Both the position numbers and the translations under genes were made by a program. A stretch of DNA of 57,398 bases, taken from assembly GCA_040752695.1 (NCBI GenBank), contig JBFMGO010000026.1:1-57398 (forward strand), in the 5' to 3' direction. Positions 9,991 through 18,491 of this stretch are shown here, piece after piece. Positions within the stretch are counted from its first letter, which is position 1. Each line of letters opens with the position of its first letter. The notes under the pieces were generated by a model that searched no databases, had not been told where the DNA came from, and saw nothing but the letters and a program-made list of their open reading frames with translations. This DNA comes from a bacterium (GTDB lineage: Bacteria > SZUA-182 > DTGQ01).

Positions 9991-10253
9991 GCCGGATAGA
10001 GAAGTGCCTCTCACAAAAGAGCTTATCACTATTATTCGAATTGATATAGCGCTGGAAAGTCGAAGTTATAGTAAAACAAATGAATATTGGGCAATTGTAC
10101 CAGGAAAAGCAAAATCAGCTGCAACAATGATATGTTTTGGTGCGAGTAAGATTTTAATGAGCGAGCTTATAATCTTTACCTTCGGCTTGTCAAATTAAAA
10201 CCGCTTGGTTCATATCTCATAGCCGCAGTATGAGGATAGTGCTGTAAAATTAT

Positions 10254-10283
10254 TTGACAATGCACGATTGAGCTTGTTAAAAT
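10254..10283 (+). promoter_or_regulatory. Sigma70-type promoter for cmk
   Basis: TTGACA-18 bp-TAAAAT with an extended -10 TG. Confidence 0.55.
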
Positions 10284-10327
10284 AATCGAATCCTATATAC
10301 ATAAGAGAAGGTAAGAGAAGGCGAACA

Positions 10328-11020
10328 TTGAAAAAAGGCTTCATTATAGCTATTGACGGGCCATCGGCTGCGGGGAAGAGCACGGTAGGGAAGCTGTTGG
10401 CCAAACGGTGCAACTACACCTATATAGATACCGGGGCTATGTACCGGGCCCTGGCCTTTAAGGCGATCCAGGCGGGTATCAGTGAGAGTGACGAGTCTTC
10501 CTTGACTGATCTTCTCCATCGAAGTACCATTTCCCTTAAAAATGTGTCTGATGGAGATAATTTGAATCTGCACATTTATTTGGATGGCGAGGATCTCACT
10601 TCCCTGATCCGCACAACCCGGGTTGGTATGGCGGCTTCGAAGATTTCCGCACTGTCCGGCGTGAGGCTGGCCATGGTCGAGATTCAGCGGGATATTGGCA
10701 GGGAAGGGGCGGTGGTCATGGATGGCCGCGATATTGGAAGCTTTGTATTTCCCGATGCTGACAGGAAATTTTTCCTGAATGCCAGTCTGTCGGAGCGTGC
10801 CCGGCGGCGCTTCCAGGAATTGCAGGATAAGGGGGTAAGGGTAAGTTATCAGGAGGTAATGGCTGATTTAGAGACGCGCGACCGGAATGATCGGACCCGA
10901 AAAATAGCTCCTTTGATTAAATCCGAAGATGCAATTTCGATTGATTCGACTCACAAGAGCATTGAAGAGGTGGTAGATATCATGGCTCAAGAGATTGGTA
11001 TTCAAGAAAATGGTGCCTGA
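10328..11020 (+). CDS. cmk: Cytidylate kinase
   Basis: IAIDGPSAAGKST, DTGAMYR, VMDGRDIG, RDRND; directly upstream of rpsA; TTG start. Confidence 0.96.
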   Translation: MKKGFIIAIDGPSAAGKSTVGKLLAKRCNYTYIDTGAMYRALAFKAIQAGISESDESSLTDLLHRSTISLKNVSDGDNLNLHIYLDGEDLTSLIRTTRVGMAASKISALSGVRLAMVEIQRDIGREGAVVMDGRDIGSFVFPDADRKFFLNASLSERARRRFQELQDKGVRVSYQEVMADLETRDRNDRTRKIAPLIKSEDAISIDSTHKSIEEVVDIMAQEIGIQENGA

Positions 11021-11111
11021 CCACCCCGGGATGCCATTTCCCTGGATGTTATTTTCTTGTGATTGAAATAAAATTGTGATATATTTATCTATACGCTTGT
11101 AAAGGCGTTAT

Positions 11112-11135
11112 AATCAGAGTATGAATACTCTGATT
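11112..11135 (+). promoter_or_regulatory. Perfect hairpin in the rpsA leader
   Basis: AATCAGAGTA-tgaa-TACTCTGATT, 31 nt before the rpsA ATG. Confidence 0.45.
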
Positions 11136-11166
11136 CATTATATATTTTCAGGGGGTTTAAGAAATA

Positions 11167-13089
11167 ATGACCATTAACAAAGATCCAAAAGACGTTCTCC
11201 TTTCCGAGGAGGATAAGATTTTGGAAAGCACAGGTAACCAAAATTCACAACAAACGGAGGCACCCTCCGGGAAAGTAAGTCCCTCTCCTGCCACCCATAA
11301 AGGAATATCGTCTGAACCGGACGATGACATCTACGACGAGTATCTGGATGATGAAGACGCTATGGATGAAGAAGAACTCGAGCGGATGTATACCGAGAGT
11401 TTGAAGCATATTGAAGAGGGTGAGGTTGTTAAAGGGACTATTCTCCGGGTCATGGATGAAGAGGTTCTGGTTGATATCGGATACAAATCTGAAGGAACTA
11501 TCTCCCTAAGAGAATTTCGGACCCCTACAGGAGAACTGAACGTTAACGTTGGCGATGTCGTGGACGTTTTCCTTGAGACCATGGAAGACAGTGACGACTT
11601 GATTGTCTTATCCAAAGAAAAAGCCGACAAGATCAAAATCTGGGATGATCTGATAAAGATTTATGAAAACGGAGAGACAATCGAAGGGAAGGTTACCAAG
11701 AGAATCAAGGGCGGTTTGACGGTAGATATCGGCATCCCCGGATTTTTGCCTGGATCACAGATCGATATAAAACCAATAAGAGATCTCGATGGTCTGATCG
11801 GCAAAGTCCTCAAGATGAAGATCATCAAATTGAATAAAAAACGCGGTAACATCGTTCTGTCCAGAAGATCTCTCCTGGAAGAGGAGCGCGATAAAAAGAG
11901 AAAAGTTGCCCTTGAAACCATCGAAGAAGGAAAGCTGGTCAAGGGTATTGTCAAAAACATCACCGAATACGGAGCCTTCATCGACCTGGGCGGTATCGAT
12001 GGCCTTCTCCACGTGACCGATATGTCCTGGGGAAGAGTGCGCCATCCATCCGAGCTGTTTGTGGTTGGGGATGAAGTGGAAGTGATGGTGTTGAAATTCG
12101 ATCAGGCCAATGAGCGGATCTCTCTCGGCCTGAAGCAGAAGACTCCTGATCCATGGGAAAAGGTGGACGAGAAATACGTCATCGGAAGCCGTGTCCGTGG
12201 AAAAGTGGTCAGCCTGACCGATTATGGCGCTTTCGTCGAGCTGGAAGAAGGGGTCGAAGGATTGATCCATGTCTCGGAAATGTCCTGGACCAGGAAGATC
12301 CGTCATCCTTCCCGTGTCGTGGCCATCGGTGAAATCGTTGAAGTGATCGTTCTGGATGTCGATAAAGAAAACAAGCGAATTTCTCTGGGCATGAAGCAAA
12401 CCGAACCCAATCCCTGGCTGATTATCGAAAGCAAGTATCAGGTCGGGTCGAAGATCACAGGCCGGGTAAGAAACATAACGGATTTTGGTGCCTTTATTGA
12501 ACTTGAGGAAGGAGTCGATGGTCTGGTCCATATTTCCGATATTTCCTGGACGCAGAGGATCAAGCATCCTTCCGAAGTCCTGAAAAAGGGAGAGAAGATC
12601 GATGCGGTAATTCTCAGTATCGATACCCAGAATGAGCGGCTCTCTCTTGGCATCAAACAGTTGCAGCCTGATCCATGGTCCAAGGTAGAGGAAAAGTATC
12701 CGGTTGGCAGTATCGCGCAGTGCAGGATCATCCGCCTGACCGATACCGGTGCGGTAGCTGAACTGGAAGGGGGAGTTGACGGCTTCATCCACGTCAGTGA
12801 GATGGGCAAAGACGAGATGGTCAATAATCCCAAACAGGTCCTGTCTATCGGCGATGAGATCATGGTCAAGATCATTCGGACCGATGTAGATGCGAGAAAG
12901 ATCGGATTGAGTATCAGGGGATACGAGGAAGCGGCTTCAAGCGCTGAACTGGAAGAATACCGGAAGAGCCAGAAAAACCAGAACGATACGACTACTGCCA
13001 GCAGCAGTGCGCCTGAACCCGATGCTTCATCTTCTGATTCTGATGATTCTCCAGTTGCCAAGGAGAAGGAAGAGCCTTCTTCCGTCTAG
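11167..13089 (+). CDS. rpsA: 30S ribosomal protein S1
   Basis: Six S1 repeats (DIGYKSEG, GFLPGSQ, YGAFIDLGGIDGLLH, RISLGLKQ, etc.) with acidic N- and C-terminal extensions. Confidence 0.98.
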   Translation: MTINKDPKDVLLSEEDKILESTGNQNSQQTEAPSGKVSPSPATHKGISSEPDDDIYDEYLDDEDAMDEEELERMYTESLKHIEEGEVVKGTILRVMDEEVLVDIGYKSEGTISLREFRTPTGELNVNVGDVVDVFLETMEDSDDLIVLSKEKADKIKIWDDLIKIYENGETIEGKVTKRIKGGLTVDIGIPGFLPGSQIDIKPIRDLDGLIGKVLKMKIIKLNKKRGNIVLSRRSLLEEERDKKRKVALETIEEGKLVKGIVKNITEYGAFIDLGGIDGLLHVTDMSWGRVRHPSELFVVGDEVEVMVLKFDQANERISLGLKQKTPDPWEKVDEKYVIGSRVRGKVVSLTDYGAFVELEEGVEGLIHVSEMSWTRKIRHPSRVVAIGEIVEVIVLDVDKENKRISLGMKQTEPNPWLIIESKYQVGSKITGRVRNITDFGAFIELEEGVDGLVHISDISWTQRIKHPSEVLKKGEKIDAVILSIDTQNERLSLGIKQLQPDPWSKVEEKYPVGSIAQCRIIRLTDTGAVAELEGGVDGFIHVSEMGKDEMVNNPKQVLSIGDEIMVKIIRTDVDARKIGLSIRGYEEAASSAELEEYRKSQKNQNDTTTASSSAPEPDASSSDSDDSPVAKEKEEPSSV

Positions 13090-13185
13090 AGATTTTCGGG
13101 CCGTTCAGCGATAAAGAGCCTTCTTGCCAAAGGCTTTACTCGCATGTTGTGAATATAACCTGTCATGAATTGACATTCCACGATA

Positions 13186-13220
13186 AGGGCATCCCGCCAA
13201 GGGATGCCCTGTTCCTTTTG
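13186..13220 (+). terminator. GC-rich hairpin between rpsA and argS (terminator or attenuator-like)
   Basis: AGGGCATCCC-gccaa-GGGATGCCCT then GTTCCTTTT, 14 nt before the argS ATG. Confidence 0.5.
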
Positions 13221-13224
13221 AAAA

Positions 13225-14883
13225 ATGAAAAAAATTTTATCTGAATGTATTGTCAAGAGCTTACAGTCAGCAGCCGGAAAAGGGTTGATCCCGCTGGAAA
13301 TTCCTTTCCCGGCGGTTCACTTTGAAATCCCGAAAGAGAAAAAATTCGGGGATCTGACTACCAATGTCGCTTTTTTGCTCGCTCCTTCAGTCAAAATGCC
13401 GCCCAGAAAAGTGGCCGAGATTATCATCCAGAATGTCCCAGAGTGGCCGGAAGATCTTGACAGGGTCGAGATTGCAGGAAGCGGGTTTATTAATTTATTT
13501 CTCAAACCGCAATTCTGGTATAAGGTCCTGCAAAAGATCCTCGAGAACCCTGAAGAATTCTGCTCTCCCTCGACCGGGAACGAACAAAAGGTGAATATCG
13601 AATTTGTCAGTGCCAATCCGACCGGTCCCTTGCACGTCGGCCACGGCCGGTGTGCTGTTGTCGGGGATACCCTGGCCCGGATTCTCAAGAAGGTCGGCCA
13701 CACGGTAACTCGCGAGTACTATATCAACGATGCCGGCAGGCAGATGGAGATTCTCGGAAAATCGGTTCTGTTGCGCTACTACCAGGAATTAGGGAATGAT
13801 GTTCCTTTTCTGGAAGACGGCTATCAGGGAGAATACATCAAAGACATTGCCCGCGATCTCATCAGGGAAAAGGGTGATGTATACCTGTCCATGCCTGAAG
13901 CACAGGCAGTCCCTCTTCTGACCAGGATCGCTGCCGATCAAATTCTCAAACAAATTCAGGATGATCTGGCACTATTTCGCATACAATTCGATCAGTGGTT
14001 CAGTGAAAAGAGCTTATACGAAGACCAGTCCGTGGGAGAAACCATCGCCTTTCTCAAGGCAGAAGGGTGGATTTACGAAAAAGATGGTGCCTTATGGATG
14101 AAGACCTCGGATGTCGGTGATGAAAAGGATCGGGTGGTCATCCGCTCTTCCGGCGAGCCGACCTATTATGCCTCTGATCTCGCCTATCACCGGAACAAAT
14201 TCCAAAGAGCCTACAGCAGGCTCATTGATATCTGGGGTGCAGACCACCACGGATACATTAACCGTATCCGGGCTGTGGCCAAGGCGTTTTCCGTGCCGCA
14301 GGAGAATGTTTCCATTCTCCTGGTTCAACTGGTCAGGCTGATGCGGGGAGATGTGCCGGTCAATATGTCTACCAGAAAGGCCACCTTTACCACGCTCTTG
14401 GAGGTTATCGAAGAGGTTGGTGTGGATGCGGCCCGGTTTTTCTTTCTCCTGCGAAGGTTTGATACGCATCTTGATTTTGATCTTGATCTGGCTAAAAAAC
14501 AATCCAGTGAGAATCCCGTCTATTACACCCAATATGCGCACGCGCGCATTTGCAGCATCTTTCGAGAAGTCGAAAAGAGGGAACTTTCCTTATCCGATCC
14601 AGATTTTTCCCTGCTCCAGAGCCCGGAAGAGATTCAATTGATTCAGAAGCTCTCCTTTTATCCCCAGGTTCTTATAGAGGCTGCCGAAGCTCTCGAGCCG
14701 CACCGGATCACCTTTTACCTGATAGAAATTGCCACCCTCTTCCATAAGTACTATAATGTCTACAGGGTAATCTCGGAAGATCTGGAGCTTTCATCCGCCC
14801 GTCTTGGTTTGGCTTCGGCAATTCAGCTCGTAATCGCTGATGCTTTACAATTGCTTGGCATATCTACTCCAACAACGATGTAA
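13225..14883 (+). CDS. argS: Arginine--tRNA ligase
   Basis: EFVSANPTGPLHVGHGR (HIGH), WGADHHGY, MSTR, YYTQYAHARICS. Confidence 0.98.
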   Translation: MKKILSECIVKSLQSAAGKGLIPLEIPFPAVHFEIPKEKKFGDLTTNVAFLLAPSVKMPPRKVAEIIIQNVPEWPEDLDRVEIAGSGFINLFLKPQFWYKVLQKILENPEEFCSPSTGNEQKVNIEFVSANPTGPLHVGHGRCAVVGDTLARILKKVGHTVTREYYINDAGRQMEILGKSVLLRYYQELGNDVPFLEDGYQGEYIKDIARDLIREKGDVYLSMPEAQAVPLLTRIAADQILKQIQDDLALFRIQFDQWFSEKSLYEDQSVGETIAFLKAEGWIYEKDGALWMKTSDVGDEKDRVVIRSSGEPTYYASDLAYHRNKFQRAYSRLIDIWGADHHGYINRIRAVAKAFSVPQENVSILLVQLVRLMRGDVPVNMSTRKATFTTLLEVIEEVGVDAARFFFLLRRFDTHLDFDLDLAKKQSSENPVYYTQYAHARICSIFREVEKRELSLSDPDFSLLQSPEEIQLIQKLSFYPQVLIEAAEALEPHRITFYLIEIATLFHKYYNVYRVISEDLELSSARLGLASAIQLVIADALQLLGISTPTTM

Positions 14884-14885
14884 CC

Positions 14886-15557
14886 ATGAGCAGACGAACC
14901 GATCTCATCAGGCAAAAGGAAGAAACTCGCACCAAAGCCAGGAGCCGCTTATGGTGGCTTCTGCCCGGTTTTCTGGTTATCCTCCTGGCGGCCGGATTTT
15001 TCGTCAGAGAAAAGCTCGTTGCCTGGGACAGCGTGCAGGAACTGGAATCTCAGGTTAAGCAGGCAAATGCCGGGGATCAGTTTACCTTCTTTTATACGCT
15101 GCCGGCGGTCCGCAAAGCGGATACCGGCGTCAATCGCAGACACCGCTCCCCAAACCGCAGCGCCCGGAATCAGCAGGTAAAGAAAGCAGAAAATCAGGCG
15201 AAGGCAAAGAGCCAGGGGGAGGGAATCCCCCGTGCCAGGGAAAAGGATCAGGCAGAGGATTTGCCAGCACAGTATTCTTGCGGCAGGGGTGGCGGCGAAG
15301 AGTATACGGTTCAGGTTGCTGCCCTGAGAATGCAGGATGATGCCGAAAAGATCATTCACGATTTGAGAGCCAGGGGATATTCAGCCTATATGGCCAAATA
15401 TGATGATCAGAAAAGCCGGGAATTGCCCTGGTACCGGGTCCGGGTCGGCCGTTTCTCTGGCCGCTCGGAGGCGGAGAGACATCTTAAGGAGCTTGATGAA
15501 AAAGTCGGATTGAAAGGTTTTGTCATCGCATCAACAAAAGATAATCAGGGCTTTTAA
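14886..15557 (+). CDS. SPOR-domain membrane-anchored protein (FtsN/DedD-like)
   Basis: N-terminal TM helix; C-terminal YTVQVAA...WYRVRVGRF SPOR signature; follows argS. Confidence 0.85.
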   Translation: MSRRTDLIRQKEETRTKARSRLWWLLPGFLVILLAAGFFVREKLVAWDSVQELESQVKQANAGDQFTFFYTLPAVRKADTGVNRRHRSPNRSARNQQVKKAENQAKAKSQGEGIPRAREKDQAEDLPAQYSCGRGGGEEYTVQVAALRMQDDAEKIIHDLRARGYSAYMAKYDDQKSRELPWYRVRVGRFSGRSEAERHLKELDEKVGLKGFVIASTKDNQGF

Positions 15558-15613
15558 ATCAGAATGACGAGGAATGAAATTCAAAAGAGAGGAAGCCAAA
15601 GGAAGAGTACGAC

Positions 15614-16399
15614 ATGAAAGATCCCATTTCGGAGTGGCCCAGGATCAAAAAGGAGTTGAGGACCAGGCCGGTGCTTCTTCTGCTAAACTACGAGGGCATT
15701 TTAGTTCCCGCCCCGCCATCCGGGTCTCATCTTGACCATAACCTTCGAGAGCTCCTGATTTCTTTACGATCAAAGCCCAGCCTGACGGTCGCCATCATGA
15801 GCAGAATGAAACTCAGCAATCTCCAGAACCTGATCCGTATCAACGGTATGTATTATTCGGGCAATCATGGACTTGAGATCCGGGGGCCTGAGATTGAATT
15901 CGTTCATCCGATCTGCACTACCCAGGACAGCTCGGAGCTTCAGCCCCTCAAAACCGCACTTCAGGAGCAGACGAACGAACTCAGTGGAATATCCGTTGAC
16001 GATAATGGAGTGTCCCTGTACCTTTATTACCCGACCCTGGACAACGGCCAGAGGGAACTGGTGCGAGAAAAAATCAACGCCGCCGTTCAATCCTATTCCA
16101 GCACAGGGAAGTTCCGATCCGTAGAAGGAAAGGATAGTACGGAAATCCTGCCGGTTATCAATTGGGACAAAGGAAGAGTGATTAAAATGTTCGAGAACCT
16201 GATTTCCTCTCGCAAGAGTCAACCTTTAACCATCTATCTGGGCGCTGACCCTGCAACGGATGAAGACGCTTTTCGGGCAATCAGAGGAAAGGGAATCGGG
16301 ATTCTGGTAGGGAGAAAGAGCGCCACTACTGCGGGGTATTACCTCGCCGGTCACAGTGAAGTAGTAGATTTCCTGCTTTTGCTGGAAAGCTTTTATTGA
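15614..16399 (+). CDS. Trehalose-6-phosphate phosphatase (OtsB)-like HAD protein with degenerate catalytic motifs
   Basis: YSGNHGLEI, WDKG and TDEDAF match OtsB, but motif I reads LNYEGIL instead of LDYDGTL. Confidence 0.8.
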   Translation: MKDPISEWPRIKKELRTRPVLLLLNYEGILVPAPPSGSHLDHNLRELLISLRSKPSLTVAIMSRMKLSNLQNLIRINGMYYSGNHGLEIRGPEIEFVHPICTTQDSSELQPLKTALQEQTNELSGISVDDNGVSLYLYYPTLDNGQRELVREKINAAVQSYSSTGKFRSVEGKDSTEILPVINWDKGRVIKMFENLISSRKSQPLTIYLGADPATDEDAFRAIRGKGIGILVGRKSATTAGYYLAGHSEVVDFLLLLESFY

Positions 16400-16536
16400 T
16401 CCCTGCTCTGGCGCCCTCAAGGTGCGGTCGGACGACTTCAGTCTGCGGAGGGATACCTTTTTTTAGCCTCTCTCATGGGGAATACGCTATTCCAACTCTG
16501 GCGGGGTTATCCCGCCCCGCCTGCGGTGAACCTGAT

Positions 16537-16743
16537 TTATTCCACCTTTAATGGAATCTCTTCGAGCACTATTTTATGATTGAGCAGCGATATCTTTTTG
16601 ATTTTCCCACGCAAAATTTTCTGGTCGCCAAAGATATCCATGATCAACAGCCTGTTCTCGGCTTCAGGCTTGATAATATCCACTGATTCCATGAAAAGCA
16701 CTTCTTTTCCTTCGTGATCAATATATGCATTTGCTTCACACAC
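16537..16743 (-). CDS. CooT-family nickel-binding protein
   Basis: MCEANAY...MESVD...DIFGDQK...HKIVLE; conserved Cys2. Confidence 0.85.
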   Translation of the reverse strand: MCEANAYIDHEGKEVLFMESVDIIKPEAENRLLIMDIFGDQKILRGKIKKISLLNHKIVLEEIPLKVE

Positions 16744-17221
16744 GGCTTTCTACTTTCTCCTTTTTCCCCAGGTCTCCAGCTTTTGCCTGGGTTGTTACTT
16801 GAGCATGCTCTATTACTATTTCTTTGATTTTTTGAATAAGTTTGTCAGTAAGGTGAGGCAGGGGCTCGTAGTTATAGCCAATTAGTGAGATTTTTTCAAT
16901 GGGAAGAGGGAGAAGAATCTTTAAGGCAGTGCTGCTGGCAATGGCTTCGGCCATCTTTGGTGTTAATTCTCCCAGCATGGAATTGGCCATAACGATGTTA
17001 AACGATCCGGTAATCATGTCTACCTGCCGTACGACATAGGTGATGGCATTTTCTCCGGAAGCTCCCCGGTTTGCCCGTGCTTTCATCATGGCCGAAGTAG
17101 CAAGGGAGTTGGTACCCAGAGCGATAATTTCAAGGGCATTCAGCCCGTCCTCTTCACGCAGCCTCTTGATAATATAGCTTCCAATGCCGCCACCGTGACC
17201 GTCAATAACTGCAAGTATCAA
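16736..17221 (-). CDS. DUF3842-family protein
   Basis: VIDGHGGGIG, ALGTNSLATSAMMKARANRGASGENA, ANSMLGELTP. Confidence 0.85.
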   Translation of the reverse strand: MILAVIDGHGGGIGSYIIKRLREEDGLNALEIIALGTNSLATSAMMKARANRGASGENAITYVVRQVDMITGSFNIVMANSMLGELTPKMAEAIASSTALKILLPLPIEKISLIGYNYEPLPHLTDKLIQKIKEIVIEHAQVTTQAKAGDLGKKEKVESRV

Positions 17222-17334
17222 AAGTTTCTCCTCTTTCCCCTTGTTCCTGGGCGCGCTTTGATCTTACGTGGTGCCTGCTTTCTTTATTGGGAGAGCTTGC
17301 CGCTTTGCCGTCCCAAACCGATAAAGAATATTTC

Positions 17335-17483
17335 GTACAGGGCGCGGGAACTCTCCGGCCAGTCATTGCATAAAGCAATTTGTCGAAAATTCCCTCACCC
17401 CCTTTATAAAGGGGGGATAAAAACCCTTGTCGCGGGAGGGGGGGAAGGACACTAACCGGCTGCGTATTTCATGCGCGGTGTAC
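17335..17483. mobile_element. MITE-like element, copy 1 (~149 bp)
   Basis: Ends GTACAGGGCGC...GCGCGGTGTAC; homologous along its length to the reverse complement of 49700-49846. Confidence 0.7.
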
Positions 17484-17488
17484 TGAGC

Positions 17489-17517
17489 ATGATATAAATA
17501 AAACGCTTCCTTGTCAA
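17489..17517 (-). promoter_or_regulatory. Sigma70-type promoter for DUF3842-cooT
   Basis: Minus strand TTGACA-17 bp-TATCAT. Confidence 0.65.
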
Positions 17518-17644
17518 GAAGGTGAGAAGGTTTTTTCCAGCTCTTCTAAAACCTGTGAGAACTATGGTACAATTATTACCTGATAAGTAAATAGATTTTT
17601 CATTGAGGGAAATAAGGAAAGAGAGAAACCAGGGAAATAGTGAA

Positions 17645-18409
17645 ATGGCCATGGTGATGGAAGACGAAACTGCGGATTCCTTATTTGATAAGAGATTGCG
17701 CATTATTCAGGACCGGTTCGGCTACCGGTTTTCAGTAGATTCCGTCTTGCTGGCTTATTTTGCCAGAGTGAAAAGGCAGGACCAGATTGTAGACTTAGGA
17801 ACGGGAAATGGTATCATCGCTTTACTGCTGAGCAAAGTCTACCGCGAATCGATGGTTTTGGCTGTAGAGATTCAGCCCCGTCTGGCCGATCAGGCGCTTC
17901 GAAACAGCATCATCAATGGAGTGGATCAGCGCATGAAGGTGATGCACGAGGATTTGCAGAATCTCCCGCAGCTCTTCTCTCCGGGTTCATTCGATGTCGT
18001 GATTTCCAATCCTCCTTATCAGGCCATGAACTCTGGCCGAATCAATCCAAACCCCTGCCGGGCCAAGGCAAGGCACGAGATTTTTACTCCATTGGAAGCG
18101 TTCATTTCCGTAGCCGGTTATTTGTTGAAGAATGGCGGCAGGGCTTACTTTGTGCTGCCCTCCTTCAGACTGGCAGAGCTCATTCCCTGCCTCAAGAGGC
18201 ACTCTCTTGAACCCAAGACCCTGCAACTGCTCTACCCTTACCTCCAGGCAGAATCCCGGCATTTTTTAATCGAAGCATACAAAAGGGGACAAACCGGATT
18301 ACGGATTCTCCCCCCCCTTGTTCTCTATCAGGAAAAAGGCATCCCCTCCGGGGCCATGAACACCATTTACCATGAATTTCAGCGCAAGGTGAGAAGCGGT
18401 GGGGCATGA
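17645..18409 (+). CDS. tRNA1(Val) (adenine37-N6)-methyltransferase-like SAM-dependent methyltransferase
   Basis: GYRFSVDSVLL, DLGTGNGII, VEIQ, SNPPY, ARHE; exact start uncertain (17603-17657). Confidence 0.85.
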   Translation: MAMVMEDETADSLFDKRLRIIQDRFGYRFSVDSVLLAYFARVKRQDQIVDLGTGNGIIALLLSKVYRESMVLAVEIQPRLADQALRNSIINGVDQRMKVMHEDLQNLPQLFSPGSFDVVISNPPYQAMNSGRINPNPCRAKARHEIFTPLEAFISVAGYLLKNGGRAYFVLPSFRLAELIPCLKRHSLEPKTLQLLYPYLQAESRHFLIEAYKRGQTGLRILPPLVLYQEKGIPSGAMNTIYHEFQRKVRSGGA

Positions 18410-18491
18410 GACCCTTCATTTGATCAGGGAAAAAACTTGTCTCTCCGGGTGAAAAGCTGCGCCTGACCCTTAAGAATTACCAGATGTGGGG

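Noticed and set aside
9990..10250. AT-rich stretch with a 64-aa ORF (10004-10198)
   Set aside because: No recognisable motif or SD in either strand; treated as intergenic or decayed
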